Source of the DNA: a bacterium
Lineage (GTDB): Bacteria; Patescibacteriota; Saccharimonadia; Saccharimonadales; Saccharimonadaceae
Assembly (NCBI GenBank): GCA_029549925.1
Contig: JAKPIF010000019.1
Coordinates: 1-62,771, forward strand
DNA: 62,771 nucleotides
Direction of reading: 5' to 3'
Positions 39,264-49,146 of this stretch are shown piece by piece (the first letter of the stretch is position 1; each line of letters begins with the position of its first letter). Both the position numbers and the translations under genes were made by a program. The notes below the pieces were generated by a model. It saw nothing but the letters and a program-made list of their open reading frames with translations. It was not told the DNA's origin and searched no databases.

Positions 39264-40544
39264 ATGAAATGCGAGATATCTGAATACCAGCTGCGCAGTG
39301 GCTCGCGCGGACTGATTGTGAACGTGTCGGGCGCGCCCGTGATGGTGACGCAGTTCCAGTTTCGGGCGGGCAACCGTTACGTTAAGGACTATGCAAGCAA
39401 GTCTCAAACGGCGCATATTATGGAGCACATGGCCTTTGGTGCGAGCGACGGCTTTGCCACGGGGCATGACTATGATGCGACCTTCACTCGCAACGGTGCT
39501 TATCACAACGCTTATACTGACGATATCTCAATGGTCTATGAAGCAACCTGTGCTGACTTTGAGTGGGATAGGGTGTTGCAGCTGCAACGGTATGCTATCT
39601 GTGCCCCAAAATTCAACGAAGACGACTTTGCTTCGGAAGTTGGGACTGTGCGTAGCGAACTAACTGGTTATTTGTCGCAGGCCGAGCGAGTGCTATGGCC
39701 TCGCATGGCGCAAGCGATGGGTGAAGATACAAAGACGTTCCAAGAGGGACTCGACAGCATTTCGAATATCACGGTGGACGACGTGCGGCAGCACTACGCT
39801 CGCACCCACACGGCGGGCAACATGCGTTTTGTCGTGGCGGGGAACTTTGATGGCCGGCTGACGCAGCTACGGGATATCCTGAATACTTTCGAGCTGGGCG
39901 ACGGCGACCGCTTGCCGATTCCAGTGGACGAAATTCACAGTGCGCCAGCTTTCGCCATTCGGCGCAAGGATGTCCCCGGTATCGGTCTGGGTATTTCGAT
40001 CGCCGTACCGCGCAAGCTAAATGACATCGAGGCGCAAGCAATGGACGTTTTGAACCATATCCTAAATGGCACCTTGCATAGCCGGATTCAGGGCGAAGCG
40101 CGGCGGCGGGGTCTGCTTTACTATATGTGGTCGCAGCTGAGTACCTTTGAGCATAATTCGTCGTGGGATTTTGGGGCGCAGGTAAACCTCAACAACCTGC
40201 CAGCGGTAGTCGATCTGGTGCGGGAAGAAATCGAGCGAGTGTGCGATGGTGAAGTGGACGAGGCGGATCTCGCCGAGGCGAAGAGCTATCTGCTTGGTCG
40301 GCACCAGATGAACACGCAGACGGTGGGACAGATTGTTAGCTATCTGGCGGACCGTTACTTCTTTGATGGTATTATTGACGACCCGGACGAAATCCCCGCG
40401 CGCATCGAGAGTGTTACGCGGGAACAGATTATTGAGACGACACGTGACTTTATCCGCCATAACTGCTGGACTCTGGGTCTTTATGGTTCAACTGATAAGG
40501 CGATGGCAGACAGCTTACAAGAAAAGCTAAGTAAATTATTTTGA
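39264..40544 (+). CDS. M16 family metallopeptidase, tandem paralog
   Basis: HIMEH, NAYT; collinear with upstream paralog. Confidence 0.92.
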   Translation: MKCEISEYQLRSGSRGLIVNVSGAPVMVTQFQFRAGNRYVKDYASKSQTAHIMEHMAFGASDGFATGHDYDATFTRNGAYHNAYTDDISMVYEATCADFEWDRVLQLQRYAICAPKFNEDDFASEVGTVRSELTGYLSQAERVLWPRMAQAMGEDTKTFQEGLDSISNITVDDVRQHYARTHTAGNMRFVVAGNFDGRLTQLRDILNTFELGDGDRLPIPVDEIHSAPAFAIRRKDVPGIGLGISIAVPRKLNDIEAQAMDVLNHILNGTLHSRIQGEARRRGLLYYMWSQLSTFEHNSSWDFGAQVNLNNLPAVVDLVREEIERVCDGEVDEADLAEAKSYLLGRHQMNTQTVGQIVSYLADRYFFDGIIDDPDEIPARIESVTREQIIETTRDFIRHNCWTLGLYGSTDKAMADSLQEKLSKLF

Positions 40545-40550
40545 CATTTT

Positions 40551-40602
40551 CACTTTCCCCTTCGGGAGAGGGTAGACTGGTGCAGCCGATCGGGCGGTGT
40601 TT
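40551..40602 (+). repeat. REP-like element (degenerate type A)
   Basis: ctttccccttcgggagagggtagactggtgcagccgatcgggcggtgtt. Confidence 0.7.
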
Positions 40603-40627
40603 CCTTCGCATATGCTATAATCCTAGT

Positions 40628-41542
40628 ATGACAAATCGCAAAACAAACAGTGCAATTATTAAGACGCGGGTGCGCAACGGCCGCCGCTCGCGCCAGAGTA
40701 TCAGCCTAATGGGTGCCAACTCGACAGATAACCTCGCGGCGTATTGCCGCCCGGTCGAGCCCGATCCGCGCGATAACCGTCCCTGGTCGGACACACTAGC
40801 GGCGGAGAAAATGGACTTCGACAACGATGAACGATTTGGTCGCTATACGCGCGATTTAGTTCATGGGCTCGAGACGATCAAGCAGTTCCCGCAGGGTGTA
40901 ACAATTTTTGGCTCGGCACGCTTCCACGAGAGCAATAAGTATTACCAGGCGGCAGAGCAGCTTGGCGCTGGTCTAGCTAGGCATAACCACACAGTGCTAA
41001 CTGGTGGCGGTCCGGGCATTATGGAGGCGGCAAACAAAGGTGCCTATGAAAATGGCGGCAAATCGGTTGGCTTTAACATTATTCTGCGCACTGAGCAGGA
41101 CCTCAATCCTTACACCAATATATCGATGCAGTTCAATTATTTCTTTGCCCGCAAGGTAATGATGACTATTGGGTCAAAGATGTATGTCTTTTTCCCGGGT
41201 GGCTTTGGCACGATGGATGAATTTAGCGAGATTCTCGAACTAGTTCATACGGGCAAGACACCTGCTTCGCCGATTGTCCTTTACGGTAAAGAATTTTGGC
41301 AGGGGCTAGATGACTGGTTCGCTGGCAAGATGAGTGAGTGGAGTTTAATCGAGACGGGACGTGATGACGAGATGAGCGAAATGAGCTACATCAAGGCGGC
41401 CGACTTCGGCCTAGTTAAGAGCGCGCGCGATTTATATTACATTACTGATGACATTGCTGAAATTGTGGACATCGCCGACCAGACGATTCCACGCAATGTT
41501 GACGACGTCTTTGACAAGGTTATGCGCAGCCAGACCTTTTAG
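40628..41542 (+). CDS. LOG family (TIGR00730-like) Rossmann-fold protein
   Basis: IFGSAR, TGGGPGIMEAAN, FPGGFGTMDE; start moved to the ATG after TGCTATAAT. Confidence 0.92.
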   Translation: MTNRKTNSAIIKTRVRNGRRSRQSISLMGANSTDNLAAYCRPVEPDPRDNRPWSDTLAAEKMDFDNDERFGRYTRDLVHGLETIKQFPQGVTIFGSARFHESNKYYQAAEQLGAGLARHNHTVLTGGGPGIMEAANKGAYENGGKSVGFNIILRTEQDLNPYTNISMQFNYFFARKVMMTIGSKMYVFFPGGFGTMDEFSEILELVHTGKTPASPIVLYGKEFWQGLDDWFAGKMSEWSLIETGRDDEMSEMSYIKAADFGLVKSARDLYYITDDIAEIVDIADQTIPRNVDDVFDKVMRSQTF

Positions 41543-41556
41543 CATATAATAGTAGC

Positions 41557-42642
41557 GTGAAAGACGAGCTAAGGGCTAAGCTAGAAAAGCTATCCGTCGA
41601 TGCCGAATCGGCGGTAGCTAAATTAGATCTGGCCAATAAGAAGAAAGAGCTCGCAGAGCTAGAAGAGGCGGTTGCTTCGCCGGGACTATGGAATGATCCG
41701 ACCAAAGCGGCGGCGACCACTAAGCGTTTAAGCCAGATAAAGGGGCAGCTGCAGCCGTGGACAGTGCTCTTGACGCAGATTAACGATAGTCTCGACTTAT
41801 TAGATATTATTGATGATGAATTGGTGGTGGAATTTGCCGAGCAAGTAGCAGCGCTAGAGCAGACCTTTAACGAGCTAAAACAGCAGCTACTCTTTACCGG
41901 CAAATACGATGCTGGCGACGCCGTGATTCGCTTAACGGCGGGTGTGGGTGGTGACGACGCGCAGGACTTTACGGCGATGCTCGAGCGGATGTATCTCAGG
42001 TGGGCGGAACGGAACGGCTATCGGGCGGAGATTATCAGTCGCAGCCCCGGTGAAGAAGTGGGCGTCAAGACTAGCGTAATAGAAATTGGCGGGGTGTACG
42101 CATATGGCTGGCTGAGGAGCGAGCACGGCGTACACCGCATGGTGCGTCTCAGCCCATTTAATAGTGGCAATACGCGCGAGACATCTTTTGCCCAAGTAGA
42201 AGTTTTGCCCAAAATCGATGCACCAGATGAAGTTAAAATCGATCCAAAGGACATTCGGGTGGACATATATCGGGCGTCGGGGCACGGTGGCCAAGGAGTT
42301 AATACGACTGATTCAGCGGTGCGGGTGACGCACATCCCGACTGGCACAGTGGTGGCAATCCAGAACGAGCGAAGTCAGATTCAGAACAAAGAGAAGGCGC
42401 TGGAAATTTTGCGAGGCAAGCTAGCTCAGATGCAAGCGGAGCAGCATGCGGCCAGCATTGGCGAGCTACGGGCAGGCGAGAGCGCCAGCTGGGGTAACCA
42501 GATTCGTAACTATGTGCTAAATCCGTACAAACTAGTAAAGGATACTCGTACCAAGTACGAAGAGAAGGATGTGGATAGCGTCCTAAGTGGCAACATCCGC
42601 GGCTTCCAATTGGCGTTTTTGGAAACCACTTCTGGCTGCTAG
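41557..42642 (+). CDS. prfB: Peptide chain release factor 2 (no programmed frameshift)
   Basis: SPF motif, GGQ, WGNQIRNYV; continuous ORF. Confidence 0.96.
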   Translation: MKDELRAKLEKLSVDAESAVAKLDLANKKKELAELEEAVASPGLWNDPTKAAATTKRLSQIKGQLQPWTVLLTQINDSLDLLDIIDDELVVEFAEQVAALEQTFNELKQQLLFTGKYDAGDAVIRLTAGVGGDDAQDFTAMLERMYLRWAERNGYRAEIISRSPGEEVGVKTSVIEIGGVYAYGWLRSEHGVHRMVRLSPFNSGNTRETSFAQVEVLPKIDAPDEVKIDPKDIRVDIYRASGHGGQGVNTTDSAVRVTHIPTGTVVAIQNERSQIQNKEKALEILRGKLAQMQAEQHAASIGELRAGESASWGNQIRNYVLNPYKLVKDTRTKYEEKDVDSVLSGNIRGFQLAFLETTSGC

Positions 42643-42788
42643 CGCAGCCACCTTCCCTGTAGAGGGGGGGGCGGAGAAAAGCGGGGCGCAATACGAGGCA
42701 AACTCTATTTGCAATAATTCGCCAATGCGTGTAACATATAAGCATAGGCAAAAAATAAACAGCCAGAAAACGAGGAGACATAAACAGT

Positions 42789-44126
42789 ATGCAAAATAGT
42801 GGTAACGAAAGATACCAAGGGCGTCATGGGCGCATTGTGGTGCCAGCCGAGCACTATGGTGTTTGGTCGTCAGTGAGCCATGCCCCACAGAGAAGCGAAG
42901 TAACGCCAAGCGAAAGAACTAATCCAAATATAGTAAAGTCAGCGACGACTAACGTGAAAGTTGCTACTACCGTGGCGAAGTCCAGTGCTAAGCCAATACA
43001 TACTAGCGCCATGTCATATAGCCAGGTGCCAAAGGTCCAGCCTCGCGCGCGCCAAATCGCGACAGCGACCCCTTACAGGCGGCAAACTCGCCGCAAGGGG
43101 GTAACGCTAGATCATATGACGAATACACTTACTACTCCTCGGATATCGAGCGAACGTCAGCATATCATGCAGCAAGCTGCCATCGTGCGCAAAGAGGCAA
43201 AGCGTCGCGCTGAAGCGGCTGCTAATGCCGAGCTAAAGCGCCAGCTAGCCCTAGCGCGCCAAGTGCGAGAACAGGAACAAGAGATTCCCGAGTCGCAGGT
43301 TGAACGTGAACATGCTGTCCAGCCAATGATGACGGCGCAATTCGAGCCCGTCCCCGTTGGTGTAATGGCTGGTGGCGGCAATGCGCCAGTGTCGGCAGTT
43401 GGCGACAATCCGCTGGCGAACCTAATGTCTTCGCACGTGACAATTAACTTTAAATTTAACAAAGAGCGTATTTTACAATTCCTGCGCTATGTTGCCGTGG
43501 CAGCTATTGTCCTCGTCAGTGGCTACCTCGCTTATGACACCTATATGACGAATAAAGCAGTGCGGGCAACGGTCTCGAATAGCAGCAGTGCTGCTTCAAT
43601 TGCGGGTACTAATCCGGCGACGGTCGATCAAACGGCGGTTAGTCAAGAGGATAAGGCGGCTTACGTCGTGCCCGACGATCAGCCGCGTTATCTCTATATT
43701 CCGGCTATCGGCCTGAACCAGGCGCGCGTGATGAGCGTGGGGGTCAATAGCAAAGGCAACATTGACACGCCGCGCAACCTGAACGATACCGCTTGGTACG
43801 ATGGCAGCGCTAAACCGGGTCAGAATGGTGCCGTCTTTATCGACGGACACACCAGCTTTAATCGCTCGCTGGCGGCCGCCTTCAACGATCTCCCCAAGTT
43901 AAAATCAGGCGACACGATTACGATTGAAAAGGGTAACGGCGAGCGGATTAACTATACTGTTCACTCAGCCGAGACGGTGGCTGCCGATAAGGTTGATATG
44001 AGTAAGGCACTGAATCCCATTAGTGGCGCAAAAAAGAGTCTAACCCTCATGACTTGCGCCGGCAAGTTTAATTACCGCACTCAGACGGCGGATAAGAGGT
44101 TTATCATTTACGCAATACAAAATTAA
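42789..44126 (+). CDS. Sortase (class F-like) with long N-terminal extension
   Basis: TM helix then LYIPAIG, WYDGSAKPG, IDGH, LTLMTC...R catalytic triad. Confidence 0.88.
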   Translation: MQNSGNERYQGRHGRIVVPAEHYGVWSSVSHAPQRSEVTPSERTNPNIVKSATTNVKVATTVAKSSAKPIHTSAMSYSQVPKVQPRARQIATATPYRRQTRRKGVTLDHMTNTLTTPRISSERQHIMQQAAIVRKEAKRRAEAAANAELKRQLALARQVREQEQEIPESQVEREHAVQPMMTAQFEPVPVGVMAGGGNAPVSAVGDNPLANLMSSHVTINFKFNKERILQFLRYVAVAAIVLVSGYLAYDTYMTNKAVRATVSNSSSAASIAGTNPATVDQTAVSQEDKAAYVVPDDQPRYLYIPAIGLNQARVMSVGVNSKGNIDTPRNLNDTAWYDGSAKPGQNGAVFIDGHTSFNRSLAAAFNDLPKLKSGDTITIEKGNGERINYTVHSAETVAADKVDMSKALNPISGAKKSLTLMTCAGKFNYRTQTADKRFIIYAIQN

Positions 44127-44136
44127 GGAGAAGTAT

Positions 44137-44922
44137 ATGGATTGGCGAGTTCAACAGACAAAGAAAGAGACAGCTCCGACACCGAAACCGGTTGTCGAGA
44201 CAAAGCAACGCCGTCCAATCCGCCAGTGCAACATGATTATGATGGATCGAGTGAGCAAGCGCTATGAGGACGACGGCCTCTTGGCGCTAGACAATGTCTC
44301 GCTCAGTATAGCTCCGCGCGAGTTTGCCATCGTTATTGGAGCAAGTGGCGCCGGCAAGTCTACGCTTTTAAAGATGCTAACACGGGAAGAGAAGCCAACT
44401 AAGGGCAAAATTGTCGTGGGTGGCATCGACTATGACAAGCTCGATGATCGCGACATCCCCTTACTGCGTCGACGTATTGGTGTTATCTTTCAGGATTTTC
44501 GCCTCTTGCCCAATCGGACAGTGTTCGAGAACGTGGCGCTGAGCCTCGAAATTGCTGGTTATTCAAATAAGGAAATCCGCGACAACGTGCCACGCATGCT
44601 CGAGGTAGTGGGTCTACGTAGCAAGGCCGACAAGTTCCCGAGTCACCTATCTGGTGGCGAGAAGCAACGTGTAGCGATCGCTCGTGCTATGGTGCGCCAG
44701 CCAAAGATATTATTTGCCGATGAGCCGACGGGCAACCTCGATAGCCGCAACACATGGGAGATTGTTAAGCTACTACTAAAAATCAATAGCTTTGGCACAA
44801 CGGTGGTGCTAATTACACACAGTAATGAAATTGTGCGCCGTCTCAACACGCGAACGATCAAGCTAGATCATGGCAAGATCGTGGCCGATGTTGAACACGG
44901 CGGGGAGGGGTTTCAGGCATGA
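44137..44922 (+). CDS. ftsE: Cell division ATP-binding protein FtsE
   Basis: GASGAGKST, LRRRIGVIFQDFRLL, LSGGEKQR, DEPTGNLD; upstream of ftsX. Confidence 0.94.
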   Translation: MDWRVQQTKKETAPTPKPVVETKQRRPIRQCNMIMMDRVSKRYEDDGLLALDNVSLSIAPREFAIVIGASGAGKSTLLKMLTREEKPTKGKIVVGGIDYDKLDDRDIPLLRRRIGVIFQDFRLLPNRTVFENVALSLEIAGYSNKEIRDNVPRMLEVVGLRSKADKFPSHLSGGEKQRVAIARAMVRQPKILFADEPTGNLDSRNTWEIVKLLLKINSFGTTVVLITHSNEIVRRLNTRTIKLDHGKIVADVEHGGEGFQA

Positions 44923-45896
44923 GTAGGAAAGCAAAGAAAATTCGCCTGCAAGATCCGCGGCCATGCCACTATGGTCGGTATCTCGCACGGGTAATTCGTT
45001 ATGGCTGTTATAGCTTTTGCCGTAACATCTGGCTGACGGTGGCGACCACGTTAGTGATGGTAATCACGCTTCTAATTATCTTTGTAACGGTAATTGCCAA
45101 CTCGGTGCTATCTGAGACAATTGCGAGCCAGCAAGCGAAAATGGATCTCAGTTACTACATCAAATATAACGTTAACGACGAGACTCTGACTGATCTCATG
45201 AAGAAATTACAGGCGCAGCCGCATGTTCAGAGCGTTAGTTATAGCACCAGTCATCAAGAATACGAGAAGGCATCGAACGACAACGTCGACGGCTGGGAGA
45301 TGGTGATTAGTGAAGGCATTCGGCCGACACTGCCAGCGGTTTTACATGTCAAACTCGATGACATGAACGAGCGTGAGACGCTAGATAAATATGTTAAGAA
45401 TGATAAGGATTTTCGAGAGTGGATCGATACCAGCGTTAGCAACTCTCAGGATATCGCAGCCCGGCAAAAGACGATTGAAAGGCTGTCGAGCATCTTAACC
45501 GTGGCACGCCGTGGCGGGCTCATTGCCGGCATTATCTTTATGGGAATTTCGGTGCTGATTATCTTTAACACAATTCGCATGACGATCTTTAGCCGGCGCG
45601 ACGAGATCGCCATGATGAAGAGCGTTGGGGCGGACAACTACTTCATTCGTGGACCATTCCTCGTCGAGGCGGAGCTGTACGGGCTAATTGCGGCGCTGAT
45701 TGCCATGGCGCTCGGCTATCTTATTCTGACCAAGCTCTTGCCAAGCCTTGCTAATTATATTGAAGTCGACGAAACAGAAATGTTTGTGCGAACGTGGTGG
45801 CCGGTGATTTTGCTCGCTATGATGGCGATCGGCTGGATACTGGGCTACGTTTCGGCGCGGCTAGCTATACATAAATACTTAAAGAAAGGCAATTAA
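44919..45896 (+). CDS. ftsX: Cell division permease FtsX
   Basis: NTIRMTIFSRRDEIAMMKSVGA...FIRGPFLVE. Confidence 0.94.
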   Translation: MSRKAKKIRLQDPRPCHYGRYLARVIRYGCYSFCRNIWLTVATTLVMVITLLIIFVTVIANSVLSETIASQQAKMDLSYYIKYNVNDETLTDLMKKLQAQPHVQSVSYSTSHQEYEKASNDNVDGWEMVISEGIRPTLPAVLHVKLDDMNERETLDKYVKNDKDFREWIDTSVSNSQDIAARQKTIERLSSILTVARRGGLIAGIIFMGISVLIIFNTIRMTIFSRRDEIAMMKSVGADNYFIRGPFLVEAELYGLIAALIAMALGYLILTKLLPSLANYIEVDETEMFVRTWWPVILLAMMAIGWILGYVSARLAIHKYLKKGN

Positions 45897-45897
45897 A

Positions 45898-47034
45898 ATG
45901 ATGAAGCGAAAGAGTGCAGCCAAAGTAAAAATGTCTCTCGTTGGGGTTGCGGCGGTAACGCTCATGTCAGCGGGGCTGGCCATGGTCAATCAGGCGCAGA
46001 CCGCCAAGGCGCGGGATTATAACGCCGAAATCAAGGCGCTGCAGAATCAGATTAACGAATATAGCCAAAAGTCGAGCGAGCTAGCGGCGCAGAGCAGCAC
46101 CTTGCAAGGAAAGATTAGCGAACTTCAGAACCAGCAGAATTCCATTCAGGCGCAAATTGATCTCACTACGGCGCAACAAGCACAGCTTAGCCAGCAAATT
46201 ACTGATACCGAGGCGAAAATTAAGTCCGAGGCGCAGGCGCTCAGTAAGATTTTGCAGGCGCAATATTATAGTAGCCAGACATCGGCACTGGACGTCCTAA
46301 TGAACAGCGAATCAGTCAGTGACTATGTCGATCGCCAGACGCGCCAGCAGTCGATTAGTGATCAGACGCAGAGCAAGGTGGCAGAAATCAAACAGCTCAA
46401 GGCGGATCTGCAAAGCAAAAAGGCTCAAGTTGATCAGCTCAAGGCGCAGCAGGAATCACAAAAGCAGGATTTGGCCGATAGCCAAGCGGAGCAACAACAG
46501 CTCTTAAACGAAACGCAGGGCCAAGAGGCCAAATACCAAGAACTTAGCAAGCAGGCGAGTGCTAAGAAAGCTCAGATTCAGAAAGAGCAGCAGGCCTGGA
46601 TCGCATCGCTTCAACGGTCGAACCCGTCGGCGGCGGGGCAGATTGTCGCTAATAGCCAGTGTGGCGGTGGCTATCCTTTCTGCAAGGCGACGCCAGACTC
46701 GACGCAGCGCAGCGGTGGATTCCAGGCGTTCGGTAATGCTCGTGAGTGCGTGAACTATGTCCAGTGGCGGATTTACCGGCTGACTGGTCGCAACGAGCTT
46801 CACGGCAACGCCAAGGACTGGTCGGCAGTTGCCAACAGTAGCGCCAAGGCTAACACGGCCGGTATCATGACGGGTGGCAAGAACGGTCACATCGTCTGGG
46901 TTGAGCAGGTCGGAACGGGTGCGTATGAAGGGCAAATCTATGTGTCCGAGTATAACTGGCGACCGTATTCTTACACCGAGCGTTGGGCGCCAATTAGCGC
47001 CTTTAACGGCGGCTTTTATGATCCACTAGGATAA
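45898..47034 (+). CDS. PcsB/CwlO-like coiled-coil peptidoglycan hydrolase with CHAP domain
   Basis: Signal peptide, long coiled coil, RECVNYV, GHIVWVE, SEYN. Confidence 0.9.
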   Translation: MMKRKSAAKVKMSLVGVAAVTLMSAGLAMVNQAQTAKARDYNAEIKALQNQINEYSQKSSELAAQSSTLQGKISELQNQQNSIQAQIDLTTAQQAQLSQQITDTEAKIKSEAQALSKILQAQYYSSQTSALDVLMNSESVSDYVDRQTRQQSISDQTQSKVAEIKQLKADLQSKKAQVDQLKAQQESQKQDLADSQAEQQQLLNETQGQEAKYQELSKQASAKKAQIQKEQQAWIASLQRSNPSAAGQIVANSQCGGGYPFCKATPDSTQRSGGFQAFGNARECVNYVQWRIYRLTGRNELHGNAKDWSAVANSSAKANTAGIMTGGKNGHIVWVEQVGTGAYEGQIYVSEYNWRPYSYTERWAPISAFNGGFYDPLG

Positions 47035-47144
47035 GGCGGCCAAGAATAATATTCATACAAGCGCCCGCGCTATGTGCGCCTTCAGCTAGTTGCTGGCTTT
47101 TGTGCTAAAATGGTTATGAATGTTGAAGCAAGGAGGGGAATAAG

Positions 47145-48374
47145 TTGGCTACGGAAGAGAAACTGCCAGATGTCAAGGTAAGGAAAGATAGCAAGCGGCC
47201 GCATAGCGATCGGCCAGAGAAGAAGTCGGGGCGTGGTTACGGTGTTTACGTCACGGTGCTGGTCGGCGTGCTGGCGGGCTTACTGGGTTTTGTGATTGGC
47301 ACGCGGGCACAGAATGTTTCAGTGACGAAGCTGGATTATTCGAGCCTAAACGATGTTTATAATGCCTTGTCGGCGAAATTTGATGGCAATCTAGATAAGC
47401 AGAAGCTGCTGGTTGGTGCTGCTAAAGGCATGGTTGATGCTGCGGGTGATACTTATACCGAGTATATGACGGCGGAAGAATATAACGATCTCGAAGGTGA
47501 GCTATCTGGTAGCTTTAGCGGGATTGGTGTCGAAATCGGTCCGAACAAGGACGGCGTGCTAAGTATTATTAACACGTTGGATGGCAGCCCAGCTCAAAAG
47601 GCGGGACTCAAGGCGGGCGACCTAATCGAAAAGGTTGATGATAAGGACGCGACCAAGTGGACGACTAGCCAGGCAGCCGTAGCAATTCGTGGCGATAAGG
47701 GAACGAACGTTAAGATTACTGTAGTGCGGGACGGCGAAGAGAAAACCTATACTGTTACACGTGACACGATTAGCAATCCGAGCGTCAAATGGGAGATCAA
47801 GGACAATATTGGCTATATGCGTATCTCTGATTTCGGCGAAGACACGGCGGAATTGGCTGAGAAGGCGGCAAACGAGTTCAAGAGCAAGAACGTTAAGGGC
47901 GTTATTCTTGACCTTCGCGATAATACTGGCGGTTATGTTGACGCCGCTAAGGCTGTGAGCAGCCTCTGGCTCGACGAGGGCACGGTGATTACTACCGAAC
48001 GTAGCAACAAGGGCGTCATTGATACTGTTAGGGCAACGGGTGACAGCCCACTCAAAGGCGTGCCAACCGTGGTGCTAATTAACGGTGCGACGGCCAGTGC
48101 GAGCGAAATTACGGCCGGTGCCTTGCGAGACAATGCGGGTGCAAAGCTAGTCGGCACCAAATCATTCGGCAAGGGCCTAGTGCAGGAGGTTGTCGACCTC
48201 AGAAATGGTGATAAGCTCAAGGTGACAGTGGCCAAGTGGTATACGCCGAGTGGCGTCAATATCAATAAGTCTGGACTCAAGCCAGATACCGAAGTCAAGA
48301 TGACAACCGAAGAATACAATAGCGGTAACGATACTCAGCGAAATAAAGCAGTGGAGATTATAGATAATGAGTAG
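47145..48374 (+). CDS. S41 family C-terminal processing peptidase
   Basis: PDZ (GIGV), DLRDNTGG, ASASEI, SFGKG. Confidence 0.94.
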   Translation: MATEEKLPDVKVRKDSKRPHSDRPEKKSGRGYGVYVTVLVGVLAGLLGFVIGTRAQNVSVTKLDYSSLNDVYNALSAKFDGNLDKQKLLVGAAKGMVDAAGDTYTEYMTAEEYNDLEGELSGSFSGIGVEIGPNKDGVLSIINTLDGSPAQKAGLKAGDLIEKVDDKDATKWTTSQAAVAIRGDKGTNVKITVVRDGEEKTYTVTRDTISNPSVKWEIKDNIGYMRISDFGEDTAELAEKAANEFKSKNVKGVILDLRDNTGGYVDAAKAVSSLWLDEGTVITTERSNKGVIDTVRATGDSPLKGVPTVVLINGATASASEITAGALRDNAGAKLVGTKSFGKGLVQEVVDLRNGDKLKVTVAKWYTPSGVNINKSGLKPDTEVKMTTEEYNSGNDTQRNKAVEIIDNE

Positions 48375-48795
48375 CAATATCGAGGGGGCGAAAAGCACCC
48401 CCACCGAGAAATCGGCTGACGAAGGCAAGAAGCGAATTCTAATCGTCGAGGATGATGACACCCTAGCTGAGGTCTACGAGCAGCGTCTAAAGTTCGAAGG
48501 CTTCAGCACTTGGCGTAGTCCGAACGGCGAGCGGGCGCTCAAGGACGCGATCAACTTCCACCCCAATTTAATCTTGCTGGATGTGATGATGCCTAATCTA
48601 AATGGCTTTGACGTGCTAGATATTCTGCGCAATACACCCGAGACGAAGGATGCTAAGATTATCATGCTCACGGCACTGAGCCAGCCCAAGGATGCTGAAA
48701 AGGCGCGCGAACTGGGTGCAGATGACTTCCTCGTCAAATCACAGATGGTAATTGGCGACGTGGTGGCGCGAATTAAGAAAAAGCTCGGCTGCTAA
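48367..48795 (+). CDS. Stand-alone response regulator receiver protein
   Basis: IVEDD, LLDVMMP, MLTA, FLVK. Confidence 0.92.
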   Translation: MSSNIEGAKSTPTEKSADEGKKRILIVEDDDTLAEVYEQRLKFEGFSTWRSPNGERALKDAINFHPNLILLDVMMPNLNGFDVLDILRNTPETKDAKIIMLTALSQPKDAEKARELGADDFLVKSQMVIGDVVARIKKKLGC

Positions 48796-48832
48796 TTTGC
48801 TAAATAGTTAAATTTCTGATAAATTATACAGT

Positions 48833-49099
48833 ATGATTACTAGTAGCCAAAAGTTGGCGGCGATTCAATCGACGCAATTACACGACGGTGATGTCGGTTC
48901 ATCGTCCGCGCAGGTGGCAGTTTTGACCGCGCGTATCAATCAAATTACCGAGCATATGAAGCAGAATAAGCATGACTATATGGCGCGACGCGGTCTAGTT
49001 CAGATGGTCGGCAAACGCAAGAAGCTACTGCGTAGCCTAGAAAAGAACGACTACGACCAGTATAAGAAAGTCATTGAGACCCTAGGCCTACGTAAGTAA
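48833..49099 (+). CDS. rpsO: 30S ribosomal protein S15
   Basis: DVGSSSAQVAVLT, RRGLVQMVGKRKKLL, LGLRK. Confidence 0.97.
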   Translation: MITSSQKLAAIQSTQLHDGDVGSSSAQVAVLTARINQITEHMKQNKHDYMARRGLVQMVGKRKKLLRSLEKNDYDQYKKVIETLGLRK

Positions 49100-49100
49100 G

Positions 49101-49128
49101 AAAATCCCCGCTACGAGTGGGGATTTTC
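49101..49128 (+). terminator. rpsO terminator
   Basis: aaaatccccgct...agtggggattttc hairpin. Confidence 0.7.
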
Positions 49129-49146
49129 TATGCTATAATACCGCTA

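Noticed and set aside
40541-40627. N-terminal extension of the LOG protein
   Set aside because: Translates a REP copy and the promoter; true start is likely 40628. Same logic applied to rplU, map, 49117, 55458 and 61197.
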